Shown here one piece after another: positions 13,501 to 25,700 of a DNA stretch of 64,000 bases. The stretch covers positions 4,154,001 to 4,218,000 of the forward strand of contig OU015569.1 in NCBI GenBank assembly GCA_907165135.1, read 5' to 3'. Position 1 is the stretch's first letter. Each line of letters starts with the position of its first letter. The DNA is from Oikopleura dioica. Its lineage: Eukaryota > Animalia > Chordata. The position numbers and the translations under genes were made by a program. The notes under the pieces were generated by a model that saw only the letters and a list, made by a program, of their open reading frames with translations, was not told the origin of the DNA and searched no databases.

Positions 13501-13843
13501 AAAGTAAAATATCAAAAATAGTAAGATTAAGGAGATCATACTTTGCCGCATCTTTTGTCGTTGCATAATCGAGCACCAATTTGGCTACTTCTGATGAAAT
13601 CATCCGACTCAGCTCATTTTGCTCGGTGACGAAGCCTTTCAATAAGGGGCAGTATTTCTTTGCCTTTTCAGGTTCTAAAATGTCCTTCGCAAATAATTTT
13701 ATTAATTTTGTCTTACCTAGTGCATAAGAGGGAATTTCCTTTAGCAATTCCTCGTAGCCCGCTTTTCTAGCCTTCCAGTTTTTGTGGCAAACTTTGTCGT
13801 AAGATGATAATTTCCGCCATACATCCTCATCATTCTCTGCCAT
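7553..13843 (-). CDS. CKAP5: ch-TOG/XMAP215 microtubule polymerase (multi-exon)
   Basis: N-terminus MAENDEDVWRKLSSYDKVCHKNWKARKAGYEE. Five TOG domains, with KWKERGEAL, KNWKIRLEG and KNWKMRKEAL motifs in TOG2-4. C-terminus RVAEFRKRLTELKKSK. Canonical short introns join the long ORFs 11310-13334 and 8686-11232. Confidence 0.95.
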
Positions 13844-14536
13844 TCTCTGAAAAAGGAAAAATTTACTTTTGGCTTCGTCGAGAGATCGCCGGGTCCGTGT
13901 GGCCGGATTCAAATTCCTGACAGCCAATTGCACCTGCGTTGAACGAAAACGGATATTTTTCAGTTACGCGTTTTGTGCGAAATGATGCTGTTTTCGAATA
14001 CAGCGTCAAAATAGGAAAATTCCCAATAAAGATCTCTAGAACGATGTTGACTTCAATACTTGTTTTCGGGAAAAATTCAAGCTTGGATAGCGATAAAACT
14101 GAGGCCAAGGTCTCAGTTTTATCATCGGCAAGATACCGATGCTAAAGCTGATGGAGATGAACGAAGAGAAGCGGCGAAAGTCATTTCAACCCATGACAGT
14201 ATGTAGAAATACTTTCTTAATAGAGCGTGAAAGCCTACTAAGAATGGATACATTTTAGATCGGTCTCTTCGAAGAAAAATTAGAAGAACATCTCAAGAGA
14301 CAAAAGCGATGGGAAGTTCATGTTTGGGTACGTACCGAATGGTCTTATGATGAAGAAATGGAAGATAATATTTTGATATGAATTTTTAGTACATTATCAT
14401 TGTCCTGTATTTTGTATTCCTCTTTGCGATAATTGCCTGCTATGGGACTTGGCTGCTCAATATTAACTTACTACAGTGTTAAATTGCTGATAGTCAATTA
14501 GTTAAATGTATGCAAATGATCATTAGCCTTGCTTAG

Positions 14537-14797
14537 CTACACTTTTTCAATGAGAGAGTGCGGCTGCATTGGTGAGCTTTGCGGCAACAACGGGATCAAC
14601 AAAAATATAACGACGCATAACATGAGTCCCAACTGCACGACCGCAGGTATGCCAACAGCAAACTGCACGAGACTAGTTTTATAGTTCGATTCACGAAAAC
14701 GAATATGACGAGAAATGTCCAGACTGCGTCGACGACAACGGGTTGGGCGGAATCGTACATCAAAGGAAGGTTCTACCGGGATATTACAAAGACCCAT
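14537..14797 (-). CDS. Possible small single-pass membrane protein
   Basis: 86-aa ORF with one hydrophobic stretch (VGIPAVVQLGLMLCVVIFLLIPLL). No homology recognised. Confidence 0.2.
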   Translation of the reverse strand: MGLCNIPVEPSFDVRFRPTRCRRRSLDISRHIRFRESNYKTSLVQFAVGIPAVVQLGLMLCVVIFLLIPLLPQSSPMQPHSLIEKV

Positions 14798-15663
14798 AAC
14801 TTATGGGCATAAGTAAAATGCGGATGAAACCGAAATAGATTCGATTTGGATTTCGAAGTTCGAAGTGAACTGCCAAGTGCCGAGCAACTACACCACATTG
14901 TAACTCGATTTTACTGACTTTTTATAGTGCTTATCCTGTATCTCTTTCAATTAAACCAACACGCATAGCTTGATAGTTTTTATTCGGAGACGCTAATCGA
15001 CCGAGCGTAGAAGGAGTGAAGTAAAGGTTCCTGGAACTTGTGGGAAGAATTAAATGAGCAGTTATTTAGTAACGAATGATATTTGTTTTTGACTGCTGAT
15101 AGAGAGAAGTGATTCTGAAACTTTTTATGATTGGGCTCGACAAAAGAATGAAAAGCGCGAAAATAATGAAAATTAGAAAGCGACACTAAAAGTCAAAGTC
15201 AGATAAAAAAGTGTTTGGCATTCTGTCAAGGTGTGCGAATGGATTCATAAAGAAGAACAAATAGTACAGCTGAGATATAACTGAATTATGTGCAAATAGA
15301 CTTCTAGGAAAAATGAAATACCTTTTAAGTTGAAATAATAAAAAAGAAAGAACAGCTCATTTGAAAATGAATAGAACTTGACGGAAGAAGATGGATCAAA
15401 TCCGATGTAGCACCAATTTAGGTTGGTGAAGAGGTTTGCGAAAAAATCGTTTCAGTGGAATTTTTGATGAGCTAAATCAATTTGAGCCGCGTGACTGTTT
15501 TTGAGATCGGTGTAAGTCGCTCGTGGCTTCACCGTTTACTTTCACATACGCGCAAGTTGTAGGCTGATCGGAAGTGTTATTGACACTGCTTTTGGTTAAG
15601 AAGTATTCCGTATTGGTTGATTAACAGTTAAAATTTTAACTTAAAATGCTATTTTAAATATTA

Positions 15664-16269
15664 TTAAATGTTGAATTGCGTCCAAAACTCAAAACCGTTC
15701 CTAAAAGGTTTATTGATAATCAGTGGGTAGTCTGGGAAGAATTTATCGTTTCCATTGGGGCTGCACTGACTGCCAGTTGTGCCGGGTGGAGAGATAGGCG
15801 AGTTTGGTGTGTGCGTCGAAGAGTTTATTTTCGGCTTGAGCGAGCGGTCCGGAACAGGGGGCGAGTTTGCATATCTTTCTGGACAAGAAGGTGCCCGTTG
15901 GTTCTCCTCTACCCTGTCTACCGCCACGTAATCATCTCCATTCGTCGTCAAATCTTGATGAGAAATGGATGGCTGAATATTTAAATTTTGTTGGGTCTAT
16001 TCCACTGTTGACTCTACCGTTTGTCTTAATCCTCGCTGCACTTCGTGCCACTTTTTCTGTGATAGCCAGGCGCTGTTTTTATCTTTGTCAGAGAGGTTCG
16101 TCTTATTTTCGCTCGTTTCAAAGACGGTATCTTGACTGCCAGAGACAGACGTGCTCAACACAAGCGGTTGCTCACTCGAGCTTCCCTTTTTCGCCTCTCG
16201 CATCGACCCGCAGCAGAACACTTTGAGCAGGCCGTTTATCCGCTTTTGCATCTTGTCCGACGACCTCAT
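15664..16269 (-). CDS. Uncharacterised two-exon S/P-rich protein
   Basis: ORFs 15997-16269 and 15664-15951 join in frame through a GTAGAG...ATTCAG intron of about 45 nt. N-terminal VFCCGS is a possible palmitoylation site. Confidence 0.4.
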
Positions 16270-16295
16270 ACCATTTTTGTCATCTGAAAACGAAC

Positions 16296-17151
16296 TTATA
16301 CAATTGGTGGTGGATTTGTCAATATATCTTTGTAATGTGAAAGAAGAATGGCAGGTATTCTAGTAGACCGAATCTTGCACAGAAAGTTTTTCTAAAGAAA
16401 GTGCATCCGCGCATTTCACTTTATACAGCGAGGAGCAAGTTCGCAAGATATGTGAAAGATCTGCAATGTTTGGCGACATTATTAAATCGACAGAGTTTAG
16501 TTGAGCCACCATTTTCTGAAACGTATGATTAAAAACAAAGAGTCTGAAGAACTACCTTTGAGAAGCCAGCTCGACGAATCGAGGAGTTGAGGAAATCTTC
16601 AGTGATGTATTGTACATTCTCATGATCTTCAGGACTGACGACGACTACTTGCGGTAGTGGGAATGAGCATTGGACTCCTGCGAGTAAAATCAACTTCTCG
16701 AAGCCTAGAATAAAATCGTCAGGAATCTCTTTCGTAGAAAAAGATAATAATTCTTGAGTTTTCAAAAGTTTAGTTCTTAACCTGATGCGCGGAACCAAGG
16801 AATAAACTCGGCGCAGAAACTGGAATTCGATAGCGGCGGCGCTCTGAGCTGAACGAGACCGATTTCCGTCGTCGGCGAGAAAAATAATTCCATACATGTC
16901 ACCACGCGACCGTTTTCCACGCGGCCGACCATGGGCTGTATTGATGTCGCATCGAAGGATCCGTAAAACTCAAAGTTGTTTCCCTCGTCGGAAAGAATTG
17001 AGTCAACAGCGCGTTGCCCGATGCATCCTTCAGAAGGAACTGCAAGAATTAGCTTGCCAGAAAAACTTTTTGCCAAGTTTTGGAAAGAAATACTTTCGAA
17101 ATCAATCAAAAAAATACTATTTTCAAAATAGGCTGATGCAAAATACTGCAT
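16296..17151 (-). CDS. PSMG2: Proteasome assembly chaperone 2 (PAC2)-like; 3' end uncertain
   Basis: LILAVPSEGCIGQRAVDSIL, IQPMVG, VQLRAP and FCAEFIPWFRASG|FEKLILLAG match PAC2 motifs (LLMPAVSVGNVGQLAMDLII, LVPMVG, LQLRS, FCEKLLSWVKSSG) in order. Confidence 0.8.
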
Positions 17152-17811
17152 TGCTTAAAATTGCAAATGCGAAATAACCTTGATCATAAAGAGAATTTAA
17201 CCAAACCATCCTTTCAATATTTTTGCTCGGAATAAACATCACTTTCTCTCGCAGAATGAGAAGAGAACCCGAAGCGCGTCAAGATATCACTTCTGAATGC
17301 TCTCATATGAGGTGGCTAATAAACATGACGCGCAGACAAGGCTAGGATTGCGTTTTCTAGCTTTCAAGATATGAATTTTTTATTTATAATCATAAAACAC
17401 GAGAAGGTAAAAATCAACAAGGTTCAAAGTTTCACTGCAAATTGCAGCTTGTCGCGAGAGGAAATTACATGGAAGAATATTGGTTAGTCATTTGCACAGA
17501 AAGAAGCAAGGATCATTCACCCATGAGTAAAGAGATCGGGTACTATTTCATTGTATAAATTAAAGTGATGGCTTGATCTTGAAATCAAGACATTTGAATC
17601 AAAAGTTTTAAATCAGAGTAATAGCTAAATTCAGCCAGTATTCAAACTGCACAAAGATCCACAGTTTGTTATGTATTAAGAAAAGTACTAGCTTCGATAT
17701 AATATGGAAAGGCGAGATCCCCCTTATTTTAGTTTTCAGTTCATACGAGTATGAAATACTGAACATGCCGTCAATTTATACTTTATTGAGTGTTGACCTT
17801 AAAATAAAACG

Positions 17812-18153
17812 GTAATATCATCTTTTTGCACTGGAAGAAATGTACAGAATTTTGAATATTTTGCGCGACTGAGTCAATTCGCTGAGGGCGCGGTTCATTT
17901 CAAGCGGACGATTAATCGCATCCGCTTTGGGTACTGAAAGCAGTCGTTAGTGAATTCAAAAAAGCACAAATATTTCGTTACTTTTTGCTAGCAAAAGCTT
18001 TGAATCAAGATTTTTCTGGAGAGGAATAGTAATGCTCGAAGCAGGGGAAACGAAGTCGTCGGCCTTTTCGAATTTGATGTTTTTATCGAGCTGGGTTTCT
18101 CCTGGACGATGGTCGACGTCGCACTCGATCAGAAGCGTCCAGCCGCTATTCAT
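17812..18153 (-). CDS. Possible small uncharacterised spliced gene
   Basis: TTTTCAG acceptor about 10 nt before the ATG at 18153, a 65-aa ORF, and a downstream in-phase exon candidate (VPKADAINRPLEMNRALSEL). No family recognised. Confidence 0.25.
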
Positions 18154-18470
18154 TGCCTTTTTTATCTGAAAATTAGTTTGAATATAAAAGTTATGTTAAT
18201 CGAATAGTGTAAGTACTGGAAGAATCATCATTGCACAAAAATAGTCTCCTGAAATGAAAGAATTGTAAATGGTGTTAATTAAGTAGGGAAAACGATAAAA
18301 TTTGGGAGAATTTCTTGATTGATATCAAGGAAGACTGTTCACAAAAATCAATAAAATTAATGGTTAAGCTTCGTCGGTGATAAGTATTTACGATTTCTTT
18401 CATTTAGAAAGACATGAAGGAAGACAGGAGCAGTCGGAAAGTACAGAATTTTTTTCAGTGGATAGGTTTT

Positions 18471-20680
18471 CTAAAGTTCACTTTTGTCACTTTGGCTTTG
18501 ACTGTTCTGGTTTGTTACTTTCTCCAGTTCAGCCCGATAAATATTATGGAAGGCAGATCGCCACGCATCCATTTCCATTTGCCTTTCTATGTATGTAACC
18601 TCATCGGCGAAAGTATTTTCGCCGGACATCAAATCTGAAATCGCATAGGAGACAACCATCATCCCCTTATACACATTTCTTGATTTCTTGTCTAGCCAGG
18701 CGAGTGCGCTTGCATAGAAACTCCTGCGGAATGCTACGACGGCTTCTTTTCGCGAGTTATGATGGTCACTAATGTTTTGATTCGGGAAAAAATATTGACG
18801 CCACTTTTCTTCTTCTTCGTCAGTGAAATAGTCAGTAAGATTAGCTGGAAGGGGGCGATCGTTCGCAATGTGATCGTCGATTTCAGCTAAAGCCTTGTAA
18901 GCTTTTCTCACTCGCACGTCAGTAGAGTTTTGGTAGATATACATGTAGATCGCAGGCTCTTCGCTCGTTACTTTTATCGAGTGGAACTCGCCAGCTGGCA
19001 ATTTTACTCGTTCACCAATCTTCGGCGAGTACTTTGGCACTGTTTTCGTCACTTCATTCTCTTGGTCGTCATAGTTTATCTCAATCATTCCGCCTAGAAG
19101 CTCGACAGTCGTGTTGTCCAGGTCAGGCGCTAAATAATTCTCGAGACTGAGGCCCGGGAAGTCGGCGATGAAACTGATATCAATCTCATCATCCTGTATC
19201 TCTTTTTTCATCTCCTTAATTAAGTTAGTAAAGCTTCGAAGAGCTTTTATTTCACCTTCAGTTTCTCTCGCCAGTTCGATAGATCCTGGAGCAGTGGCAG
19301 GGCATATTTCGGCTTCTCAAACGGTGACCAATTGTAGTGCGCAATATCTATATCTGGGTCGTATACTCTTTGGACAAATCGTTGGTTCATCGATTTCCAG
19401 ACATCAAAATAAAGCTCTGGGTCAGTAATATTGCTCGCCTCTAATCTCTCGTGTATGCAATCAGCATATTGCTTTAGCATGTCAGGATGCATGGTCCATC
19501 TTTTTCGAGCGTAACCCAAAAATGCATTAGGCTTGAGATATCCAATTTCGCCCGTGAGTCTATCTTTGTATGATATTTTCACATGCTGCTCTTGAAAGGA
19601 GTGAATCATCATATCCCACGAGTATCCATATGCTCCCTCAGTCCAACCATTGTATCCTTTCGTTATAAAATGAGAGTACGGTAAAAATATCTGAATAGCA
19701 GTGTAGAGCAAAAAGAACGAGACTCGCCAACTAGACCTTTCCTCAGCCTTGACTGCAGGTGTTGTATCCACCAACTTCTTAAGGATAGGTATCTTTCCAA
19801 ATAGAATCTTCGGTGAGTTTGGCCGGCAGAATATCCACATTGTGGCAAGACAGACGTATGAAAACATGCCGATTGAAAACATTTGCGAGTTCATCAAGTG
19901 AAAGCTAGTAAGGGCGAATATCGCGAATGGACGGGTGCAATCGAAGAGCAACATTGGTCCAACCAGCAGGTCAATCATAAAACCCGTTATGTGGACAATA
20001 TAGCGGTCGATGAATTCATTGGACAGTCCCGCCGAGCGAAATGGATCAAAAGCCCAGTGCTTACTTAATCGTCCCATCGAATAGCCAAGCAGCCAGTCTT
20101 CCTCGGTCTTCTTTAGTCCAGCAAAGAAGTAGAGAATGAAAATTTGAAAGCGAATGATAAGATAGTTCCAGTTTTGAATCATTTTGTTGTTTGCCGAGAG
20201 CGCGAACGCTCTGTCGGAGTCGGTTAGCGTGAACATCAAACCACTTAAACCGAAGAGATAGGAATGGTTGTTCCAGTGCGTTTTGTCGAGTAAAAATGCA
20301 TACCAGTAAGGTATCACGAAAAGCCAGCCTTAAACAATGTAAAAATGAAATGCTATGAATAACCATTTACCAGTAAGCTTCACACGAAAACCAATGAATA
20401 TTGAAAGAGCGCCGAGCGCTTGAATGAACTGTAGAATAATCATCACATTTGGGTCCATTTGTTTCAGCCCGTTGATCAGTGGAAATTGACAGCCTTCGTC
20501 GCTCCATCTTTGATCTGCGTAATGAAGTCCTCGCTTGTTATAAACACAGAGTAATTTATCTTTTAGTACTCGGCCTACCTCAACAAAGCAGTCTAAAGTC
20601 ATCAAGAAGCCAAAAAGCATTCTTGTCATTCCGAAAAGAGCTGGATCTTTCGGCGAATGAAATATGTCATCCCAATGCAT
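18471..20680 (-). CDS. GGCX: Vitamin K-dependent gamma-glutamyl carboxylase
   Basis: LFGMTRMLFGFLM, CQFPL, YWYAFLLDKTHWNNHSYL, YFFAGLKK, YNGWTEGAYGYSWDMM and FDVWKSMNQRFVQR. Introns at 20534-20578, about 20329-20370 and about 19218-19258. Protein ends KSEL. Confidence 0.95.
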
Positions 20681-21031
20681 TCTAAAATGAGATCTAAAAT
20701 GGAAACTGCCTAGCGTACATTATGATCAAAATACATTAATAACATATGTGATTCAAGATTTGACATCCCTTATCATAGCAAATTCGCTAGAAACGAAAAA
20801 AATAATGAAAAATTCTGAAATGGTTTAGTTGTGACAGTTTTACAATGAAGTGAAATATTTCTAAGTTTGCTTTGCCCAGATAGATTTCTTTGTCGGTATT
20901 CTTTCTTGAAGTCATCAGAGCCTTTTTTCTGTAACTGTCTCTTACGATTTACAACCATTCAGTTAATTCAAGATATTCTCGGAAAAGGCAGTACAACAAA
21001 TTAATCTACAGTAATTAAGTGTAAGGAAGAC

Positions 21032-21812
21032 TTATTCCTCTTCGTTGTCATTTTCAACTTTCTGATCAGGACTATCAACCTGGTCGTTGATAGCATCTTT
21101 CTTCGTTGGTTCTTCTTCTTCGTCAGTCTCTTTTTGGCTAACGTCAACTTCTTCTTTGATCTCATTTTCATCCTCGACTTTTGCTTTCTTAGCTTCAACT
21201 TCTTTCTGCTCTTGAAGAGCCTTGCGCTTTTGCACATAGGCGTCCAGCTCTTGATCTAATTCTTCTTGCGACAACGGAATTCGCGAAAACGACGTTTTCC
21301 CCTGGACTTCTGTCAAGTCAGTCAGTCATCAGGATAATTCTAATGTAACTTACTGTGATCACCATTTGTTGTGTGATGAATTGAGTAGCCGCCGCGGCCA
21401 CCTCGACCTCGACCACGTCCTCTTTGGAACGTACCACGCTGATGGTAGGAATTATAGCCTAGTCGTTGTCGCATTTCCTGCTTTCGTTCTTCTGCAAGAG
21501 CTGCCTGGAAAGGAAGAGTAATAAATAATCTACATAGGATTGCCTGCCTGGACAGAGCTTTTCTTTTCGAAGTCTGCAGCCAGTTGTTTGTTTTTATTTG
21601 AACCCTGCTTCGACGGCTCAGCTGTGTACTGAAACATATCATCAACATGGAACGTTGCCAATTCCACAATAAAAATAATCAAAATTTTCATAAAAACTCA
21701 CTTTGTTTTCGTCTGCCTTTGGCCTGAGCATCATCAATTTCGTAAACCGATTATGAAGAGTGGTTTTGGAAGTTGACCGAACGGCTGTTCGCGGGATTTC
21801 TTGACGCGACAT
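21032..21812 (-). CDS. CHTOP: Chromatin target of PRMT1 (FOP/CHTOP)-like
   Basis: Spliced product has RSTSKTTLHNRFT, SVQAAL, an RG-rich box (RGRGRGRGGRGG) and LSQEELDQELDAYVQK, matching the CHTOP N-terminus and FOP C-terminal motif. Confidence 0.8.
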
Positions 21813-22750
21813 AACCAGACTATCTCTGAAGCATCAGTTGGCCACTTTGAATAATTCAAATAAAAGGAAAATGAAAGTCAAGGTTTATTTAGATAATAGC
21901 TGGAAGTTTTCAGAAAGAGCTATTTTTCAGGAGCTCAGGCAAAAAAGCGACAACCTTGATAGGGGTTTTTAAAATGAGTATATTGAAAACACGACGAGAG
22001 TTAAGCGGTTATTCAAAGCAAACATTGAAAAAGTTTCGGCGGCGGGCAACGGAAAGCTTCGGGAATAAGCTCGAGAAGATGGGCAATAGACAGTCACGAT
22101 GACTGTATTGCCTTCAATTCTACTGAGCTTGTTCCTCAAAAACATCCGTTTATCTTTATAAGTGTGGTGTTGCGCGGGAGTGAAAATAGAACAACTTGGA
22201 GAACGTAAATATTTTGGAAAAAGAATAGTCCGTAGTAAACAACATGCAAAGTCAACAGGTGGAACAATGGGAGCTCGAGTATATGCAATTTAATACACGT
22301 TCCGTTTTCGTAATTAGCAGTACATTTAAATAAACCTGCTTTGCATTGCGTATTTTCGCCCTGCAAGAATGGCGATACGCGTCGTCAAAATCGTGGATGC
22401 ATAAAGAGACGATCCGTCGCAGACGGATTAACTGCGAGTGTTTTTCTTGAACAGAATGAATATATTTCCTTGATTGAATGTGAAACAGTCAAAATTGTAA
22501 GAAACTCCAGGAACGGTGAAAAGAAGACATTCGCCTGCATCGGGATCGAAGAAGAATTGAAGTAGCAAGTTGAAAAAAAGAAACGCGAAAATGACTTTTG
22601 TTTTTGACTCATGGAAAACGACGAAAATTGAAAAAGGGGCAGAATTTATTCTTTTGTGAATGAGTTTTTTGAAAGATCCCAATGCAGGCTTTTGTGTGGT
22701 AGAAATAACTGAAGTAGGAACTTGCCCGCGAAACAGGAAAAGGAGCGAGT

Positions 22751-25700
22751 TTAGTAAACCTCGACTGAAAAATATTGATTCGATGAAGAAATGGCTAATC
22801 GGTGAGCTTACCAGAAGCGTACTCGTAGCTCTCGTCATCACTGGCGTTATCGTCGATAACGCAGAATGCGGCAGCTACGGAGCGAGCGCTAAAAAACACG
22901 ATTCGCTTGAGTCGTTTGTTGAAAAAGAAGAATTGAAAGGACCAAATCGTGGGCTTTTCCAAAACAATTATATTTTCGAAGTGATAGATGCTTTACCTCT
23001 TCTTCTGGCGACGAATCAGGGTTGTAAGAGTAGATCTCGCATTCTTGAGGAACGATTTCTGCCTCGATCGATGCCCAAAGCTACAAAATACATCAAAATA
23101 TTATTGGGATCTTAGATTCGTTAGACTCCCTCGTCCCCTAAGGTCACTTGCTTATCTAGATCGAGCTTTGCTCGGTCGCCGCCGTGTATTTCTCTTCATT
23201 CGGTAATTCACGCAGTTCGTGAATTAACCTCTATTTTACTCCAGCTCGAAATACAGACGTCAAAGATACTTTACTCGTTTTCTTCACTCGTCCAGATATA
23301 GAGAGCAGGCAAACTACGCTAGAAGTGGGAGATTCAGCAGAAGCTAGGATCCCTTCAGTGGTATCAGAGTAGTCCCGTTGGAGAAAAGATAAATTTTTCC
23401 GCCATCGACAACCGAAGTTTCGCAACTTGGACGCTGATTGGCCGTCAGCGGAGTCGAGGGGAACCGAATCACCAACCGCCACCGCGCCGCCGGAGAAACT
23501 CCACTCAGAGAATTTTCCGCACCACACCAACACCACCCCGAGCGAGCGCCACCGCACGAGCGCCACCACGACCCACGCGCCGAAAGTCGCGCCCACGCAA
23601 CCACGCACGCACGCCGGGGAAAACCTAAAATACTGAGAAAAACATAATTCTTTCGCCACTTTTCACCAAAAATCGAGAGAAGTTTACGAAGAATCGACCC
23701 TTGGACCAGACCTTGAAATTTCGACAATCGCTGGACAGAGAAATCGTCGGGCGTTTGCGCAAAAGGCACCTCAGCTCATCATATTGCGACTTTTAGTCGC
23801 AGTATTTTCTGAGGGCCTGAAAGGTAATCCAAGGCCCATAAACCCTTACTGCCGATATATTTCGAGCTATGGCGGCGAACAAATCACTGCTAGAAACCGT
23901 CACCGAAATAAGAAGCATAAACGATCGAGTAAACTACCTCGAAGAACAAGTGCGAAATGACGAATCACTAAAGCCAAGCCTAGAGCCCTTGATCACAGAA
24001 AGCAGAGTAAAATTAGAACAGCTCAGTACAACGCTTCTTACCTGCGAGCTCGATCAAGGAAAAGACTCTACGAATGCGACAATGAGAGAAGAAGCATGGG
24101 TGGCCACTACCTGGTCTCGTCACGTCCAAGACTTGCCGAAGCTGGACGCCGCATGCAACACATCTTTCAACACCTTCTTGGGCAGAGCCGACATTTATCA
24201 CCGCGCCTACGTCCGCGACAGACCTTCACGTGAACAGCCTTTCATCGCAGCAGTGTACAGCCACTTCGACTTGAACATCGAACGCTCACTTGGAACCGAA
24301 TTTCTGAATTGTCAAGACTGGAAATCGGCCAAGGCGCTGCTAGAGAAATCATTCGCCGCGAAGAGTCACTACTTACTGAAGCTAAGCGAAGTTTTCGACG
24401 TCGAATACGACCATTCGAAGCCGTTTGCACACTACACCGCCAACGTCTTGCAAAAGATGAACGAGGCGAAGCAAGCGACTTTGAACTCTTACCGACAAGA
24501 GAAGTCAGCCGACGCCGGGGTCGATGAAATATTTGACATATTCTCGACGATGATGCTGTACTTGAATCTTAGGAAAGAAGAACCAGACGTTTTCAACGCA
24601 ATCCTTCCAAGCCTATCAAAAGTTTACGATATCAACGAACTCTGCCGTCTCGCCCAATCCACAAGACAGAATCGAGTTGACAGCGCGACCGTCTCCCAGC
24701 ACTTCAACAGAAATAAGAACAAAAAGAAGAAGAATGCTAAGCGCGCCAGCAACGATTCTAAGGATGGGAAAGACGATAAACAACCAGAATCCAAGAAGAT
24801 AAATACGACTAAGAACGTTGAAGATTTCCAACCATTCGACGTTCACTTTTACACAGTGAAGAAGAAGCGACCAGGAAAGGCTTATTTCGCTTCGGCTACC
24901 ATCATTACGGGCTCTAAAAGTTTTGACGTATCGATGGAAGTCGACAGCGGAGCCGAGTCCTCCTGTCTGTCCGCTGCTTACGTTCCCGACGAATTTCTCC
25001 AGATGCTGAAGCCCTGTCCCTTCAAGGTCACCGGTTTCAGCCCAAATATTCCCGCCGAGCAGCCGATGGGTATCCTTCCCTGCCGCTTATCATTCAATGG
25101 TGGCCCTGCATCCTCCCTGAATCTCACCATTATGCCAGGCAGTAAATACCCAAGTCTACTGGGCCGCGATATACTAGAGAATGCGATGACGGACAGCTTC
25201 ACAGTCGACAATAAGAATCGTACTCTCTCATTTTGCTACAACGAAGCCTTCACACAAACTGAGACTCAAGTGGTGAAGCTGGACGGAGTGAAGCGGACCA
25301 AAATCAAGAAATACTTGACTACTAGATCAGCGGTCAAGGATAGCGATCGATCCCGCACTCAACCGCCACCAAAAGTCCCAAAGCTGGACGCACCTAACAA
25401 GAACGCAGCCAGGTGCCCCATTCAGCTAGCGAAGCAAAAACTCGGAATTACCCTACCAGCAAACGCCGACCCGGGGCAAAAGAAGGTGGTCGCCGAGCTG
25501 TGTTTGGATTTCGACGACAGATTCGGCTGCGACGGTCAAAAAATGGGTGAATTCCCATTCGAGATCGAAATCCCGACTGATGGTACGAGTCGAAACATCA
25601 GTCAACACCCTATTCCGCAAGCTTTTCATGGCCAGGTCACTGATCACATCTCCGAACTGCTCGATACGAAAATAATAGAAGAGATCAAGGACCAGAAAGG

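Noticed and set aside
22428-22612. FFFDPDAGECLLF resembling a Kunitz-domain segment
   Set aside because: The cysteine pattern is missing, and the segment lies in the probable MAF1 3' UTR or intergenic DNA.
22660-23115. Plus-strand ORF with a signal-peptide-like stretch that seems to be split by the LTR element and to resume at 29591-29742
   Set aside because: It is the antisense shadow of MAF1 exons 3-6. The minus-strand reading gives clear MAF1 motifs and canonical splice sites.
23231-23769. Antisense and short sense ORFs in the element's LTR and 5' leader
   Set aside because: These arise from a GC-rich, stop-poor leader and show no recognisable motifs.
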